Virus record (IMG/VR): IMGVR_UViG_3300046095_000129
Location: 1 to 60,091 of that record
DNA from: a virus
Lineage: Duplodnaviria > Caudoviricetes
Length of the DNA: 60,091 nucleotides
Direction: 5' to 3' (one strand)
The position numbers were made by a program, and so were the translations under genes. This document shows, in pieces, positions 25,871 to 39,018 of this stretch. The notes beneath the pieces are model-generated. The model saw nothing but the letters and a program-made list of their open reading frames with translations, made no database searches and was not told where the DNA came from. Each line of letters begins with the position of its first letter. The stretch's first letter is position 1.

Positions 25871-28804
25871 ATGACCCCGCTTGAATTCCTAGCGGTTGTT
25901 TTACCGTCCCCACAATACGGCTTGTATTGCGCGGCAGAACTCAGCACAAATAAAAGAGAGCACACCTTTGTTCAAAACTTGGAGGACATGTACCCCACCG
26001 TAACCAACTGGGTGGGGGACAACAAAAACGTCTACTTTGCGTTAGCATCTTATGACCCTGCGGTTGCAAAAATCAAAGGGAACAAAGACAGACGCACTGC
26101 CGATAACGCACGCTGGATAAAAGCGTTCTTTATCGACATGGATAATTACACATCCAAGAAGGCGGCGGCTACGGCACTTGATGGGTTCCTGACCAAGACA
26201 GGTCTGGGAGCACTGGGTGTGCCGTGGATTATCGACTCTGGCGGTGGGCTGCACTGTTACTGGCCCTTGAAGGATGCCGTTGACATAACAACGTGGAAGC
26301 CAATCGCAGAGAACCTGAAGCGCCTCTGCAAGCAGGAGCAACTCACCATCGACATGACGGTGACTGCCGATGCCGCACGGGTGCTACGCATCCCTGACAC
26401 CACCAACTTCAAACCGAAGTACACAACGCCGCGCCCCGTGCGCTTGGTGGTAGAAGGTGATGTGTTTACCCTTGCTCAGTTTGCCAGTGTGATCCGGGGG
26501 CAGCTATTGGGATCGGTTTATGAGACCAAACCCACTAGCACGCTGGGGCTGGCGGGGGTGCGCCCTACGGCATCAGTGACGCCAACCAGTATCAAACTGT
26601 TTGAGAACAGCGCAACACGGTTCAAAACAATCTGGCTGGCTACACAGAACGGCAGGGGCTGCGGACAGTTGGCGCACTACGCACTGCATGCTTCAGAGGA
26701 CGGCATGGAACCGTTGTGGCGGGGCATGTTGTCGCTCACCCAGAAGTGCGTGGACGGGGACAAAGCCTCGACATGGTTGAGCAACATGCACCCCTACGAC
26801 CATGACCGCATGCACGAGAAACTGCGGCAGATCAAAGGCCCGTACCCATGCGTCAAGTTCGACTCTGAGAACCCCGGTGTCTGTCCCCAGTGTGAGCATT
26901 GGGGGCGGCTTACCAATCCACTGGCACTGGGGCGTGAGGTGATGACGGACAACACCGAGCGTGAGATTGAGATTAAAACGGTAGCCGCCAGCACCGTTGT
27001 GGAAGATGCGCCGATTAAAGTAACCCGCCCCAAACCGCCTCGTGGCTACAGCTACGGCGCTCGTGGTGGTGTTTTTTGTGAACGTATTGTGGAGGACGCC
27101 GATGGCGTTAAGTCAAAGAAGCAAATAATGATATTGCCGTACGACATGTTCGTGGTAGACATACTCAACCACAACGCTGAACATACGGTGCACTTAATGG
27201 CGCTTCGTCCCGAAGCGGCTACCGATATAACCATGCCTATGAAGGCGATTGTAAGTAAGGATGAAACTGTGAAAGCACTAGCTCAACAAAACATAATCTC
27301 CTCGTTTGGAGCAAACAACGACAAGAACCTTGCGGATTACGTTCGTGCCTGCGTAGAACAATCCAGCACCACCAAGGTAGCGGTCAAAGTACCCGACAGC
27401 TACGGATGGCAACCAGACAACTCATATGTGTTTGCTGGCCGTATTTTTACCAAGGATGCTGCGCCCATCTGTGTGCCCATGCCGGGGCTGGAGAATCTGA
27501 CGGTCAACACCGAACCCAAAGGCACACTGGACAACTGGCGCAAGTTCATACAGATGCTCATCAACCGCAGGATGTACTCGCACCTCGCCATCATGCTGGC
27601 AGGAGCCAGCGCCCCCTTCATGCGCTTCACAGGCATCTACGGGCTGACGTACCACTGCGCGTCCACAGACTCAGGCACGGGCAAGTCACTGGCGCTAGAA
27701 GCAGCAGCATCCATCTGGGGCCACCCCACCCACTACCGCACAGGCAAGGGCACTTCTCCGGTTGCCATGCAGCAGCGTCTGGGTCTGCTCAACAGCCTGC
27801 CTCTCATCACGGATGAGATCACCAGCAAGAACCGGGCAGACTTCGAATGGTTCCCGGCGTTTCTGTTGGATATGACTGAGGGGCGCGGCAAGGAGCGTAT
27901 GGAGTCCGGGGCCAACAAGGAGCGCTTGAACCTGTCCACATGGATGACAACCTGCTTGATGTCATCCAACACCAACGCCGTGGACTACCTGACAGGTGGA
28001 CGCAAGCATGCCTCTGAGGGAGAACTGCGGCGGCTGTTGGAGTTCGTGCAGAACGAGAAACTGAAATGGGAACCGCATGAGATTGAGGTCATCAAGTCTC
28101 TGCAAGAGAACTACGGCGTGGCTGGCTATGTGCTGTCCGACTACTTGGCTAAAAACTTTGACGCCTTCCCAGAACTGGTGTCTGGCAGCGTCAGACGCAT
28201 GTATGTGGAATTCAAAGCCACCAATGATGAGCGCTTCTGGATGGCAGGTGTCGGCGCGCTAGTGACCGCTGGGCTTGTCATGGGCAGCAAGCACGCTAAC
28301 ATCATCGACTTGCCTATGGCGCACATCATCGCCCACCTCAAGACCGTTGTAGAGGGCATGAGGGCAAACATGAAGCACAGTGCAAAGAACGCAGAGGATG
28401 TGCTGAACGCCTACACCCGTGAGTCATACGGCAACTTCATCGTGATCCACGAGGTGGTCGGGGGCTACATGGCAACGCTTGGATTGGAGGACGACCAGAA
28501 GATCAACTGGCGCGAACTCACCCGATCTAACGTAGCAGGACGCATCGAACACGGCGTCACTGAGGGGTACATCGACTACTTCATTGAAGAGCAACTGCTC
28601 AAAGCGTACTGCTCATCCATGAGCTTCGGGTACGCCGAATTCAAACGCCAGTTGTCGGGCATGTGCCGGGTGGAGTTTATAAAGAAGGACATGATGGCGC
28701 GTACCAAGGGGCCACAGATGCGGGTTAACGTGATGAAGATTAGCCGCCGAATAGGGGAGGTCGATGATGCCATTGGTGATTCGCTACCCGTGGCGACTGA
28801 TTGA
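25871..28804 (+). CDS. Primase (RepB/AEP-like) fused to DUF927 and a P-loop helicase
   Basis: FFIDMD, DSGGGLHCYW, ARVLRIPDT, CPQC zinc finger, YGWQ, Walker A SGTGKS, ITDE. Confidence 0.85.
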   Translation: MTPLEFLAVVLPSPQYGLYCAAELSTNKREHTFVQNLEDMYPTVTNWVGDNKNVYFALASYDPAVAKIKGNKDRRTADNARWIKAFFIDMDNYTSKKAAATALDGFLTKTGLGALGVPWIIDSGGGLHCYWPLKDAVDITTWKPIAENLKRLCKQEQLTIDMTVTADAARVLRIPDTTNFKPKYTTPRPVRLVVEGDVFTLAQFASVIRGQLLGSVYETKPTSTLGLAGVRPTASVTPTSIKLFENSATRFKTIWLATQNGRGCGQLAHYALHASEDGMEPLWRGMLSLTQKCVDGDKASTWLSNMHPYDHDRMHEKLRQIKGPYPCVKFDSENPGVCPQCEHWGRLTNPLALGREVMTDNTEREIEIKTVAASTVVEDAPIKVTRPKPPRGYSYGARGGVFCERIVEDADGVKSKKQIMILPYDMFVVDILNHNAEHTVHLMALRPEAATDITMPMKAIVSKDETVKALAQQNIISSFGANNDKNLADYVRACVEQSSTTKVAVKVPDSYGWQPDNSYVFAGRIFTKDAAPICVPMPGLENLTVNTEPKGTLDNWRKFIQMLINRRMYSHLAIMLAGASAPFMRFTGIYGLTYHCASTDSGTGKSLALEAAASIWGHPTHYRTGKGTSPVAMQQRLGLLNSLPLITDEITSKNRADFEWFPAFLLDMTEGRGKERMESGANKERLNLSTWMTTCLMSSNTNAVDYLTGGRKHASEGELRRLLEFVQNEKLKWEPHEIEVIKSLQENYGVAGYVLSDYLAKNFDAFPELVSGSVRRMYVEFKATNDERFWMAGVGALVTAGLVMGSKHANIIDLPMAHIIAHLKTVVEGMRANMKHSAKNAEDVLNAYTRESYGNFIVIHEVVGGYMATLGLEDDQKINWRELTRSNVAGRIEHGVTEGYIDYFIEEQLLKAYCSSMSFGYAEFKRQLSGMCRVEFIKKDMMARTKGPQMRVNVMKISRRIGEVDDAIGDSLPVATD

Positions 28805-28994
28805 ACGGGGGCAGGGGTTTTTCATCCCCTGCCTTGATATTGAGGCGGTAAGGGAGGAGGGGCTAAAGAAAGCGCTCTCCCTCCGCATGCTGGATGCCCG
28901 TGGTGTTACAGGCATCCGCAAGGGGTTTACGGGCGTGTGGTTCTATCGGTTAGCCGTTCGAAACTCACCGCAATCCGGTTCTGTTCCACCTTGA
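28764..28994 (+). CDS. Small conserved protein ending the replication arm
   Basis: YPW...GQGFFIPC...G.WFYR; overlaps the convergent giant ORF by 68 nt. Confidence 0.6.
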   Translation: MMPLVIRYPWRLIERGQGFFIPCLDIEAVREEGLKKALSLRMLDARGVTGIRKGFTGVWFYRLAVRNSPQSGSVPP

Positions 28995-31900
28995 TCCTGT
29001 CCAGCATGGTGTCCTTCTGCGCCGTGGTCATCGTGGGGTGCGCCCGTATCTTGCGTTCCACCGCATACAACTCGCCCAAGCGTTTGAATGTTTGCCCGGA
29101 CGTAGCGGCAGCAGCTAGTTCATTGGCGTAGCGTTGTGCAAACGCTGCGGCTTCCGCACGTTGCCCACGTTCCACCATGTTCACATAGGTCTGTCGTGCT
29201 TGTTGGATTCGTTCCATGTGGTCATAGGCCGCATCAAGATCACCACGCCCTTCAGCCGACTGAAAAAACCCTCCAATAAAGGGCTGTTTGTTCAACGGCA
29301 CAGAGGCTTTCTCTCCTGTGCCACTGGCCCCTAACAGCGGATCAAAAACTTGCAGCAGCGCCACACCCAAGCCGCCTGTGTACCCACGCACAAGGTGCGT
29401 CAGCATGATGGGCGACACGCCTGCCATCCCGGTTAGCGACCCGGCTATGCGTAGCGCTTCGGGTGTCGTGTCTTTGAACCGATACTCGGCCTGTATCTTT
29501 TTCTCTCGTTCAGACTCAATTGGGCCAACGGTAGTGCTTCCGTAAAACGCCTCCAGCACAGGCTTGGCGGCTGCTGGGACTACGCCCGGAACCGATTGCG
29601 CCAACACACCACCCATACCTTTAAGAGCATCGCGTGCTTTTGTATCCCGGAAAACAAGGTCAATTATCATTTGCGGCAGTGCAACAAAGATCGCCCCAAC
29701 CTCGTATGGAATAGGTACTTTGAGCGGTTCTTTAAGCCCCGGTAATGGCATGAACAGGTTGCTGTAGCGCTCCTGCGGAGTTGCTTTCTTGTACGCCTTG
29801 TCGTCCTGCATCATGGCAGCGTACGCCATAACACCAACAGTCAACATCGCCCCCCGTGCGTACAGCTTGCGCTTCAAGTCTAGTTGTTCAGAGAACGGCA
29901 GCTTGCCCTCCCGCGCCCGGTTCAACAAATCCAAGCCCTGCACTTGGGAATTAAAAAACGGAATCATCGTACTCAACATATGCATGCTGGGCGACAAGCC
30001 GTGCCGACCGAAGTTCTGAGATTCGGCTGCGCGAAGCTGCGCCCTAAACTCAGACATCCCTTTTTTCAACCCGTCTTGATAAACAGTGGCGCGGGTAGCA
30101 GCGTCTGTCTGCAAGGCAAACGTATCCAGCGCCCCCATTGTTTTTTTCCACCAGTTCTTGCCGGTGGCAATGCTCTCAATGAACTGCTGCATGTCCCGCT
30201 CATTGCCGCTGAACACGTTGCTGCTAACCACCAACCCACCACTGAGCGCATCCTCGGCAGTGCTCGTGCCCATCCGCATTTTGCCAAGCTCTTTCAAGGC
30301 ATTGAGTATGGGAACGCCATCTACGCCAGACAGTATGGCGGCGTTTATAGGGTCGCGGACAAGCTGGCGAAACGGATACACAGGAGCGCGGGTGACAAAC
30401 TTACGCACCAAATCTGCCGGGTAACCCAACGCACGCACAAGGATGGGGATGGTGGTTTTGATCCCCGACATCCCCGCAACAATTAGTTCCGCAGGTATGC
30501 CAAAGGTGTCTGAGTCAATCGTTGCAAAATGCGGCTTACCCTTTTGGCGGTAGCGCACCGTATCTTTAGAATCAATCCCCTGCCCTACACCCATTTTGGA
30601 AACAAACCCCGCCTTGAACAGCGCGTTGCTTGACTCTAACGCCTCTTTGTTTTGCATTGACAAGCGTATGAGCATGTACGTGTTCTGCACCGCGCTTGTA
30701 AAAATAGGCAGGATCGTTTGCTCAGACCCCAGCATGCGGACGAGTTCCTTGTCGTTTGAGATGTCCCCTATGCGGATGGCAGTTTCAGAATCCGAGTACA
30801 GCTTGACAACCCCGTCCTCAATCCGATAGAACGGCACAAACGGCGTCTTCTTCAGTCGGGCAACTTCTTCTGCACTGAGTAAGTCGTGCTGTTCTGCAAA
30901 ATCTAACAGGCCGCCGTTGAACTGTTTGTACTCCAGCAGGGCGGCATCCATGTACTTCTTGGCCGTGGGGTTTGTTTGTAGAGATGCAACGGCGTTTTCA
31001 TATTCAACCTTGGCCTCCGCAGCCTTCTTGCCAGCCAACCGCTCCCACCCATTGGGCACAGCGTCAGCACGTTGCCCCGCAGCAATCCGGGTAAGCATCA
31101 TCTCCCCGTCTTTAACCCCCGACTGCTCAACAAGCTCTGCCACACGCACCATATGAGCGCCAGCCTTGCGTGCATAACCGTACTCGCCTGATTTCATCAC
31201 TATGCTGATGGGCCCGTACGACAGGAACTGACCCACGGCTTGCGAAACTTTGTCCGTCATCCGCATGAAATAACTGGCTTGGAACAGTTCGTTGTTGGTC
31301 ATCTTGCCTGCTTTTTCAGCCGCAGCAAACGCTTCTTCCCTAGCCGCTTTTGAGTCTATGTATTGCATCCGTCCAGCCAACCCCAAGAAGTTACCCCGGA
31401 AAGTTGTCAGCGCATCAGGGCTGCTGCCAATAAACACCGACTGTGTTTTTGCAAAACTTGGCGTTGCTGCACTGTCCACTTGCTGGCTAGACGGCATGAA
31501 GATGTTGTCGATGGCAAGAATAGACGCATCCAGCATGTTGTCCACAGTCTTGGGGTCGATGCCAATGGCACGCAAGATAACACTCTTGAACGCCTGTAGC
31601 ATGTCCGACAGACGCCATGACCGCGCCTTCAACTGTTCTTGCAGCCGTTGGTTTGACATGACTTCGGCCACGAACTCTTTTAACGTCTTTTTGGCATTGA
31701 CGCTGGTAACACCGGGGTCTTTCTTAATCATCGCGTGGATAGCCATAAGCTCTCTTATGGCGGCACGTTGGGTGTCCGTAAGCTGGCTTGGGTCTTTGTC
31801 ATACATGTCGATCACACGGTCAGCGCCAGCGTGTGTGCCCTCATGCAGCAGCGCCTCCTGATTCAGCCCCCCGTTGCGGCTTAAGTACACCGCCTTCTTG

Positions 31901-34900
31901 TAGAACATACCAATGGCTTCTTCGCCTTTGCTGTCCACAATCGTGTCCTGCACAGTAGAATCTGTGTCATCCAACAACAGCGACAGCCGCCGTGCAACAG
32001 CTTTGTTAAGGGCATCCGACCCCTTGTCATTGGCAATATCTGTTAGCGCCCCTTCAAGCTCATTGTTGGCAACCAAATCGATCTGTGTTGGGGACAGGTC
32101 ACGGCTGTACCCTTCGACCCCACGCGAAAAACTTCCGTCTTTTGGTATGGAACCGCTTCCTTGGTAGCGTCTAATCTCACTTGTGCTGTCGCCTTTTTCT
32201 TTTGCAACAGCCACTAGGGTTTGGTTGAGGTCTTTTATTTCTTTTTTCAGGGCTACTTCTTGTATATTAAGCTCCTGCATTGTTTCAGTAAGACGCCCCT
32301 TAACCTTGTCTTTGTTGTTTTCGCGTAAGAAAGTTTGCCTCCGTTGCACTTCAGCAAGCTCGGCTCTTTTGGCTATCAGCGTCTCCATAGCAGCAACACC
32401 CGTTGAACCCATTTGCGCTGTTGCAGATGGGGCTCCTGTTTGCGTAACTTGGTTGTTTTTGCCGTATGCCACGGCTCCTTTTTGCGTAGCAGGTAGTCTG
32501 GCTGCAATCTCCCCCTTTGCGGTTTGTTCGCGTTCGGCCCTTTCTGCTGCGTCTAAAAACAATTTAACAAAATCAGCTTTTTCTTCAGGGTTGATTTCTG
32601 TAATAAGCCGGGATGCTTTTGTACGTACATTAGCCAGTTTGTCTTTTGCAACGGTTAATGCTTTCCGCAACACTGTTTTTTTAACAGGGTCTTTTTCTTC
32701 CTTTATTGCGGCTGGAGCAGCAGCTATTTCACTACGTAAACCCTGTATTTCGGCGCGCAACGCAGACGCAACTTCCGTAACACGCACGCCGGGGAGATCA
32801 AGCCCCTCTCGTCCAGCTTGGATGCTTTCAGCATACGTCTTTGTTGGCTTGGGTGTTGTCTCGTCCTGTTTTGCGGCAGCATCTGCAACTGCTTGACGGG
32901 CCGTTTCCAAGGCTGCTTTTGCTTTTTCTGCTTCTTTGGTTGCTGCGCGCGCGTCTTGTTTGGCTATCTTTGTCAGGGTTCCTGTGGATGCGTTTTCCAC
33001 AAGCAGCAAGTTGTTAAATTTAGCACGCGCTTTTATCACCATTTTTTGTGCGTCTGCAATGTACCGCTCTGTCTCTGCAATCTCTTTAACAAACGGATCG
33101 GAAGAGTGCAGTTGGTTCAGTGCTGCACGCATGGAAGCCCTTTCGCTCGTCGATATTCCTACGTTGTTTACGGTGTTTTCTAATCCCATTTCTTGCAAAA
33201 GTTGTACAAAAGTCTGTTTGGCTGCGGGGTCGCCTTGCAGCAGTAAGATGCCTTCCCGCAAAGAACGTAACTCGGCCAATTCCATTGGAACGCTTTGCAA
33301 GGCCGATTCCAAATCAGACACTTCTCGCACTGCCTTGGCAAACCACACAGGCTCCCCACCAACTAAAGCAATCGTTTCTTTGGCTGCTTTTGCTTTTTGT
33401 AAAGCACGCTTGTGTTGTGTTATTGCGGTACTCAGTGCGTTCTGCACATCCTGCGTTTGTTTTTTTAGTGCCCCGTTTGTCTTTTTAATCTTGTCTTTAA
33501 GGGCTGCAACTGTTTTTGAACCCAACAGCTTTTGAAAACGTTCTTTTGTGCTGCGTACCGTTTGAACAGGGCTTGTGTCAAACAGTTCTAGTTGAGGCTG
33601 TGCACTGGTGCGCTGCAAGTCTGCCAGCGTGGCTCCGGGCTGCGTGCCACTAGCGCCTTCTCTTTCTTGAAACTTTATCGCAGCTTGCAGTTCCAAAACT
33701 GCATTGGGGCTGGGCAAGTTGCCCTCCAAGACCTGTTGCGCTTGCTGCCGTGCCAGAGTAATTATGTCTGGATCGTTTATTTTGGGCAGTGCCTCGGCCA
33801 GTTGCTCTAACAGCGCTTGTGTTGCAGGGTCGGTGCGTGCCGACACCCCCCCGCTTTTTTCTGCGGCAAACAACTGAGCAATGTCTTGCAGACTGCCTAC
33901 TCTTTCCGGGGCTACTTTCTCGGTTGTAGGTACGGCACGAGTTCTGGTTTTGACGGTGCTGAGTACTGACTCAATCAGATTGAGCGCATCTTGTTTCTCA
34001 TTGCTTGCCCGATACGGCGTGCCTTTTAGTTCCAATGTAGCTGGCGCAGCAATTCGTTTTCCTTCTAATGGTGCTGATGGCAAAGGCGTTCTACGCCCTT
34101 GAGCATCCTCATAGTAGTTTGTGGCAGGCTTAGTTATTTTTTCTTGTAGTTCTGCGGTTTGTTTTGGTAGTAAACGGGCTGCGGCCTTTTGCAAGTTGTC
34201 CGTTACGTTGTTCCGCATCTGCTCTTGAATAGCAAGTGCTGCCGCATGCCGAGACTCAAACACATTCCAACGATCTTGCAGTTCATTAAAGCCTTCCATG
34301 ACCCGCGCACGGGCATCTGCGGCTTCCCATGTCGCCATTTCTGGAATACCAAACGCTTTGCGTCTGCCGTTTATTTCTGCCGCATGGGCGGCGGCGTAGG
34401 TTTCTTTGGCTTTGTCAAATTGCGTTTTGATTGCCTTTTCAGGGTCTAAAGATAGCGTGCGAACGCGATTAAACCGCAAGTTGTTTAAAATCTTGACCGT
34501 GTTTACCAGCACGTTGTTCTGCTTGTCGGCTTGCATGTCCGCATTTGCTTCCGCAGCACGCCCCTCCTCTAACGTGCCAAACCCCAATGCCGACTGCAAC
34601 CCCGTGGTAAGTGTCCCCCGCGCCGCCGTGTCTTTTTTACGGGCGTCTTGTAGGTCGGCTACTAGCGTTGCTTGGGCTTCCTTATTTCCTGTAAGCCGCG
34701 CTATTTGGAATTTAGCTTGTAGATCGTTGAGCGTGCGTTGGGGAGAAAAACCCAACCCCTGTTGTATTTGCCCCGGAGTTACGGTAGCGGCCTTGGGCAG
34801 TGTTGCAACAAGCTGTTCTATGGCTGGGATGTCGGCTAGAGTTTCTGGTTCTGTTTCGGGCAAGGCTTCTTGGGTACGCAATGCTTGAAACCCAGCCAAC

Positions 34901-36978
34901 GTGCCCGGTTCCGCAGAACGAAACGGTTTCTGCGCTTCTCGTTCAGCCGCAGTGGTGGCGATGTTTGCATTGGCAAGGTCTTCATTGGACTGCCGAAGCA
35001 GTGCCAACGGGTCTTTGGAGACTGTTGGTTTTTGACTTGCTAACAGATTCGTAGCAGCGTCTGCTTCGTCTTTATCTATTGACCGCTGCTCTGCACGCAA
35101 GCCCTCTATGTAACCGGGTTCTGTAAGAGATCGCTGAACAATCGGTGTGTTTTTAGGAATCCCGTACGATTTGATTTCTTCTTCAAGCGCATCAATCTGT
35201 GCAACAAGCCGGTCTGCTTTAACCGGGTCAAACCCTTCCCCAGCCATGGCTTTAAGTTTTTTCTTAGCCGTATCCAGTTTCTGCTGTGTTTGTGCGGCAA
35301 CATTTTCTGGGGACTGCACTCCGCCTAAATCAGCCAGTTTGTTGGTGACGTAATCCAACTCGGTCTGTAGTTTCTTGCGCTCCCCGCTGAGTTGTTTGAT
35401 TGCTGCCGTATCCGCATCACTAGCCGCATCCGATGCTGCGGTCTGGTTGTATTCCAAAAGCCGTCTGACTTCTTGTTGCTTTGTGGCAAAGTCTGTAATC
35501 AACGCTTGGTTGTCTACATCAGGCGCGGGTGCTGGAGGCTGCTCTACGGCATCCATTCCGGGCAGAGTTGCCTGCGGGGCTTCAAAATACGGTTGCTTTT
35601 GGGCGTCCTGCGCGACATCAGTTTGAGCCCCAGTCTCTATTGCCTGCATCCGGTCGGTTTCCGCAGTATCTAAAAGAGGCTTACCTCTGCGGTATTCTTT
35701 AGCTGTCTCTGTGAGTACTACAGCGTTTTCTTTAAGCTGTATTACAGTTTCTTTGTTTGCTTGCTTGTCTACTTCCGTCAGGGGTTTGTCTTTAGTGCCC
35801 TTAATTATTTGAGCAAGCAGGTCAGCTTTATTCTTTTCGGCTGCAAAGTATGCTTGCTCCGCCTGTTTAGCATATGGAAGGGTTTGTTTGTCGGCTTCCA
35901 GTTGGGCAGCGGCAGCGTCCTGTTGGGCTTTCTGGGCTAGGTTGGCTTCTGCATTTGCTTGTATTTTTTGTTGAGCAGTTACATCTCGGGCATTGCTGCG
36001 TTCTTTTAAAGCAAACCCGCCCCCAAGCGGAGCCGCCAGTGCCATGTTTAGCGCTGTGTTGCGGTACTGCGTGATGGCTTCATCGTCTGCAAGAGGTTTG
36101 CCAATAGCCGCACGGTCTATGACATCTTGGAAAATCTCAGTGGGCAACTCACCAATGGCAAACCGCCCCGTACCGTAGCCAATCGCAGCCATAGTGCCGC
36201 GCCCAGCGGTCTTGGTAGCTTCGGCCATCAGCGCTGCACGAGCCGCATCGCCCGATTCCTCTGCCACTCTCTGACCAATGGCTTTCTTAAAGATACCCGG
36301 CATTGCAATGCGCGTACCAACTAGATTGGCTGCGGCATTGGCTGCTGCATAGGGCGCAAGCTCCAGTGCATTAACGTCTGGTTTTTCCCCGGCTTCTATT
36401 TGGGTCTGTACTTTTTCTTGTGCTTGGCTACCCAGTGCTTGAATAGCATTGACAATCAAAGGAACCGCATACTGCCCAACGGTTGCCCCGAGGGCGGCTC
36501 CGCCGGGAATAGGAAGCACAGCCCCCAGCGCTCCAAACCCCACCCTGCCAAGTGCAGCCGATCCTATTTCTTGCCCAACAGACGGAAGCAGTCCAGCAAT
36601 GGCAGACGGCACTTGACTGATGGCTTCTCCAGCAGCGCCAAAGTACTCCCCGCTGTTGAACTTGTCTACGATTTTCTGTGGCTGAAACCCCGGCGTGTAT
36701 GCTTTTGCCGCTTCTTCTTGGCGTTTGGCCCCCTCCATTGCGGCAGCAGTGGTGTCCCCTGTGAGAGCGCCCAGACCCGTACGCCCAATATTCAGTAGGT
36801 TTTTGGCACTGGATTTAACATCCGCCAACAGCCCTGTTTCGGGTTTGGGGCCTTCTACCGGTGCAATACTTGCCAAATGTGTTTGCAACGCCCGAATAAC
36901 TTGAGCGTCAGAAGCCCCGTCTGGCCCCTCAATGGAATAGGTGCGCCCGTCAGGGCCGTCTACGTTGTATATACGCAT
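28927..36978 (-). CDS. Giant (2,683 aa) virion-injected polyvalent protein with zincin-like HExxH and LPD38-like C-terminus
   Basis: ALLHEGTHA...EFVAE; C-terminal IPFFNSQVQG...KVPIPYEVG; helical and Ala-rich; last gene of the virion arm. Confidence 0.75.
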   Translation of the reverse strand: MRIYNVDGPDGRTYSIEGPDGASDAQVIRALQTHLASIAPVEGPKPETGLLADVKSSAKNLLNIGRTGLGALTGDTTAAAMEGAKRQEEAAKAYTPGFQPQKIVDKFNSGEYFGAAGEAISQVPSAIAGLLPSVGQEIGSAALGRVGFGALGAVLPIPGGAALGATVGQYAVPLIVNAIQALGSQAQEKVQTQIEAGEKPDVNALELAPYAAANAAANLVGTRIAMPGIFKKAIGQRVAEESGDAARAALMAEATKTAGRGTMAAIGYGTGRFAIGELPTEIFQDVIDRAAIGKPLADDEAITQYRNTALNMALAAPLGGGFALKERSNARDVTAQQKIQANAEANLAQKAQQDAAAAQLEADKQTLPYAKQAEQAYFAAEKNKADLLAQIIKGTKDKPLTEVDKQANKETVIQLKENAVVLTETAKEYRRGKPLLDTAETDRMQAIETGAQTDVAQDAQKQPYFEAPQATLPGMDAVEQPPAPAPDVDNQALITDFATKQQEVRRLLEYNQTAASDAASDADTAAIKQLSGERKKLQTELDYVTNKLADLGGVQSPENVAAQTQQKLDTAKKKLKAMAGEGFDPVKADRLVAQIDALEEEIKSYGIPKNTPIVQRSLTEPGYIEGLRAEQRSIDKDEADAATNLLASQKPTVSKDPLALLRQSNEDLANANIATTAAEREAQKPFRSAEPGTLAGFQALRTQEALPETEPETLADIPAIEQLVATLPKAATVTPGQIQQGLGFSPQRTLNDLQAKFQIARLTGNKEAQATLVADLQDARKKDTAARGTLTTGLQSALGFGTLEEGRAAEANADMQADKQNNVLVNTVKILNNLRFNRVRTLSLDPEKAIKTQFDKAKETYAAAHAAEINGRRKAFGIPEMATWEAADARARVMEGFNELQDRWNVFESRHAAALAIQEQMRNNVTDNLQKAAARLLPKQTAELQEKITKPATNYYEDAQGRRTPLPSAPLEGKRIAAPATLELKGTPYRASNEKQDALNLIESVLSTVKTRTRAVPTTEKVAPERVGSLQDIAQLFAAEKSGGVSARTDPATQALLEQLAEALPKINDPDIITLARQQAQQVLEGNLPSPNAVLELQAAIKFQEREGASGTQPGATLADLQRTSAQPQLELFDTSPVQTVRSTKERFQKLLGSKTVAALKDKIKKTNGALKKQTQDVQNALSTAITQHKRALQKAKAAKETIALVGGEPVWFAKAVREVSDLESALQSVPMELAELRSLREGILLLQGDPAAKQTFVQLLQEMGLENTVNNVGISTSERASMRAALNQLHSSDPFVKEIAETERYIADAQKMVIKARAKFNNLLLVENASTGTLTKIAKQDARAATKEAEKAKAALETARQAVADAAAKQDETTPKPTKTYAESIQAGREGLDLPGVRVTEVASALRAEIQGLRSEIAAAPAAIKEEKDPVKKTVLRKALTVAKDKLANVRTKASRLITEINPEEKADFVKLFLDAAERAEREQTAKGEIAARLPATQKGAVAYGKNNQVTQTGAPSATAQMGSTGVAAMETLIAKRAELAEVQRRQTFLRENNKDKVKGRLTETMQELNIQEVALKKEIKDLNQTLVAVAKEKGDSTSEIRRYQGSGSIPKDGSFSRGVEGYSRDLSPTQIDLVANNELEGALTDIANDKGSDALNKAVARRLSLLLDDTDSTVQDTIVDSKGEEAIGMFYKKAVYLSRNGGLNQEALLHEGTHAGADRVIDMYDKDPSQLTDTQRAAIRELMAIHAMIKKDPGVTSVNAKKTLKEFVAEVMSNQRLQEQLKARSWRLSDMLQAFKSVILRAIGIDPKTVDNMLDASILAIDNIFMPSSQQVDSAATPSFAKTQSVFIGSSPDALTTFRGNFLGLAGRMQYIDSKAAREEAFAAAEKAGKMTNNELFQASYFMRMTDKVSQAVGQFLSYGPISIVMKSGEYGYARKAGAHMVRVAELVEQSGVKDGEMMLTRIAAGQRADAVPNGWERLAGKKAAEAKVEYENAVASLQTNPTAKKYMDAALLEYKQFNGGLLDFAEQHDLLSAEEVARLKKTPFVPFYRIEDGVVKLYSDSETAIRIGDISNDKELVRMLGSEQTILPIFTSAVQNTYMLIRLSMQNKEALESSNALFKAGFVSKMGVGQGIDSKDTVRYRQKGKPHFATIDSDTFGIPAELIVAGMSGIKTTIPILVRALGYPADLVRKFVTRAPVYPFRQLVRDPINAAILSGVDGVPILNALKELGKMRMGTSTAEDALSGGLVVSSNVFSGNERDMQQFIESIATGKNWWKKTMGALDTFALQTDAATRATVYQDGLKKGMSEFRAQLRAAESQNFGRHGLSPSMHMLSTMIPFFNSQVQGLDLLNRAREGKLPFSEQLDLKRKLYARGAMLTVGVMAYAAMMQDDKAYKKATPQERYSNLFMPLPGLKEPLKVPIPYEVGAIFVALPQMIIDLVFRDTKARDALKGMGGVLAQSVPGVVPAAAKPVLEAFYGSTTVGPIESEREKKIQAEYRFKDTTPEALRIAGSLTGMAGVSPIMLTHLVRGYTGGLGVALLQVFDPLLGASGTGEKASVPLNKQPFIGGFFQSAEGRGDLDAAYDHMERIQQARQTYVNMVERGQRAEAAAFAQRYANELAAAATSGQTFKRLGELYAVERKIRAHPTMTTAQKDTMLDRIKVEQNRIAVSFERLTDRTTRP

Positions 36979-36987
36979 GGTTGTTAT

Positions 36988-39009
<2,022 letters not shown>

Positions 39010-39018
39010 TTTGATTCC

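Noticed and set aside
28810-28833. Terminator after the primase (GGCAGGGG/CCCCTGCC)
   Set aside because: It has no good U-tract and lies within a plausible conserved small ORF, so it is not called.
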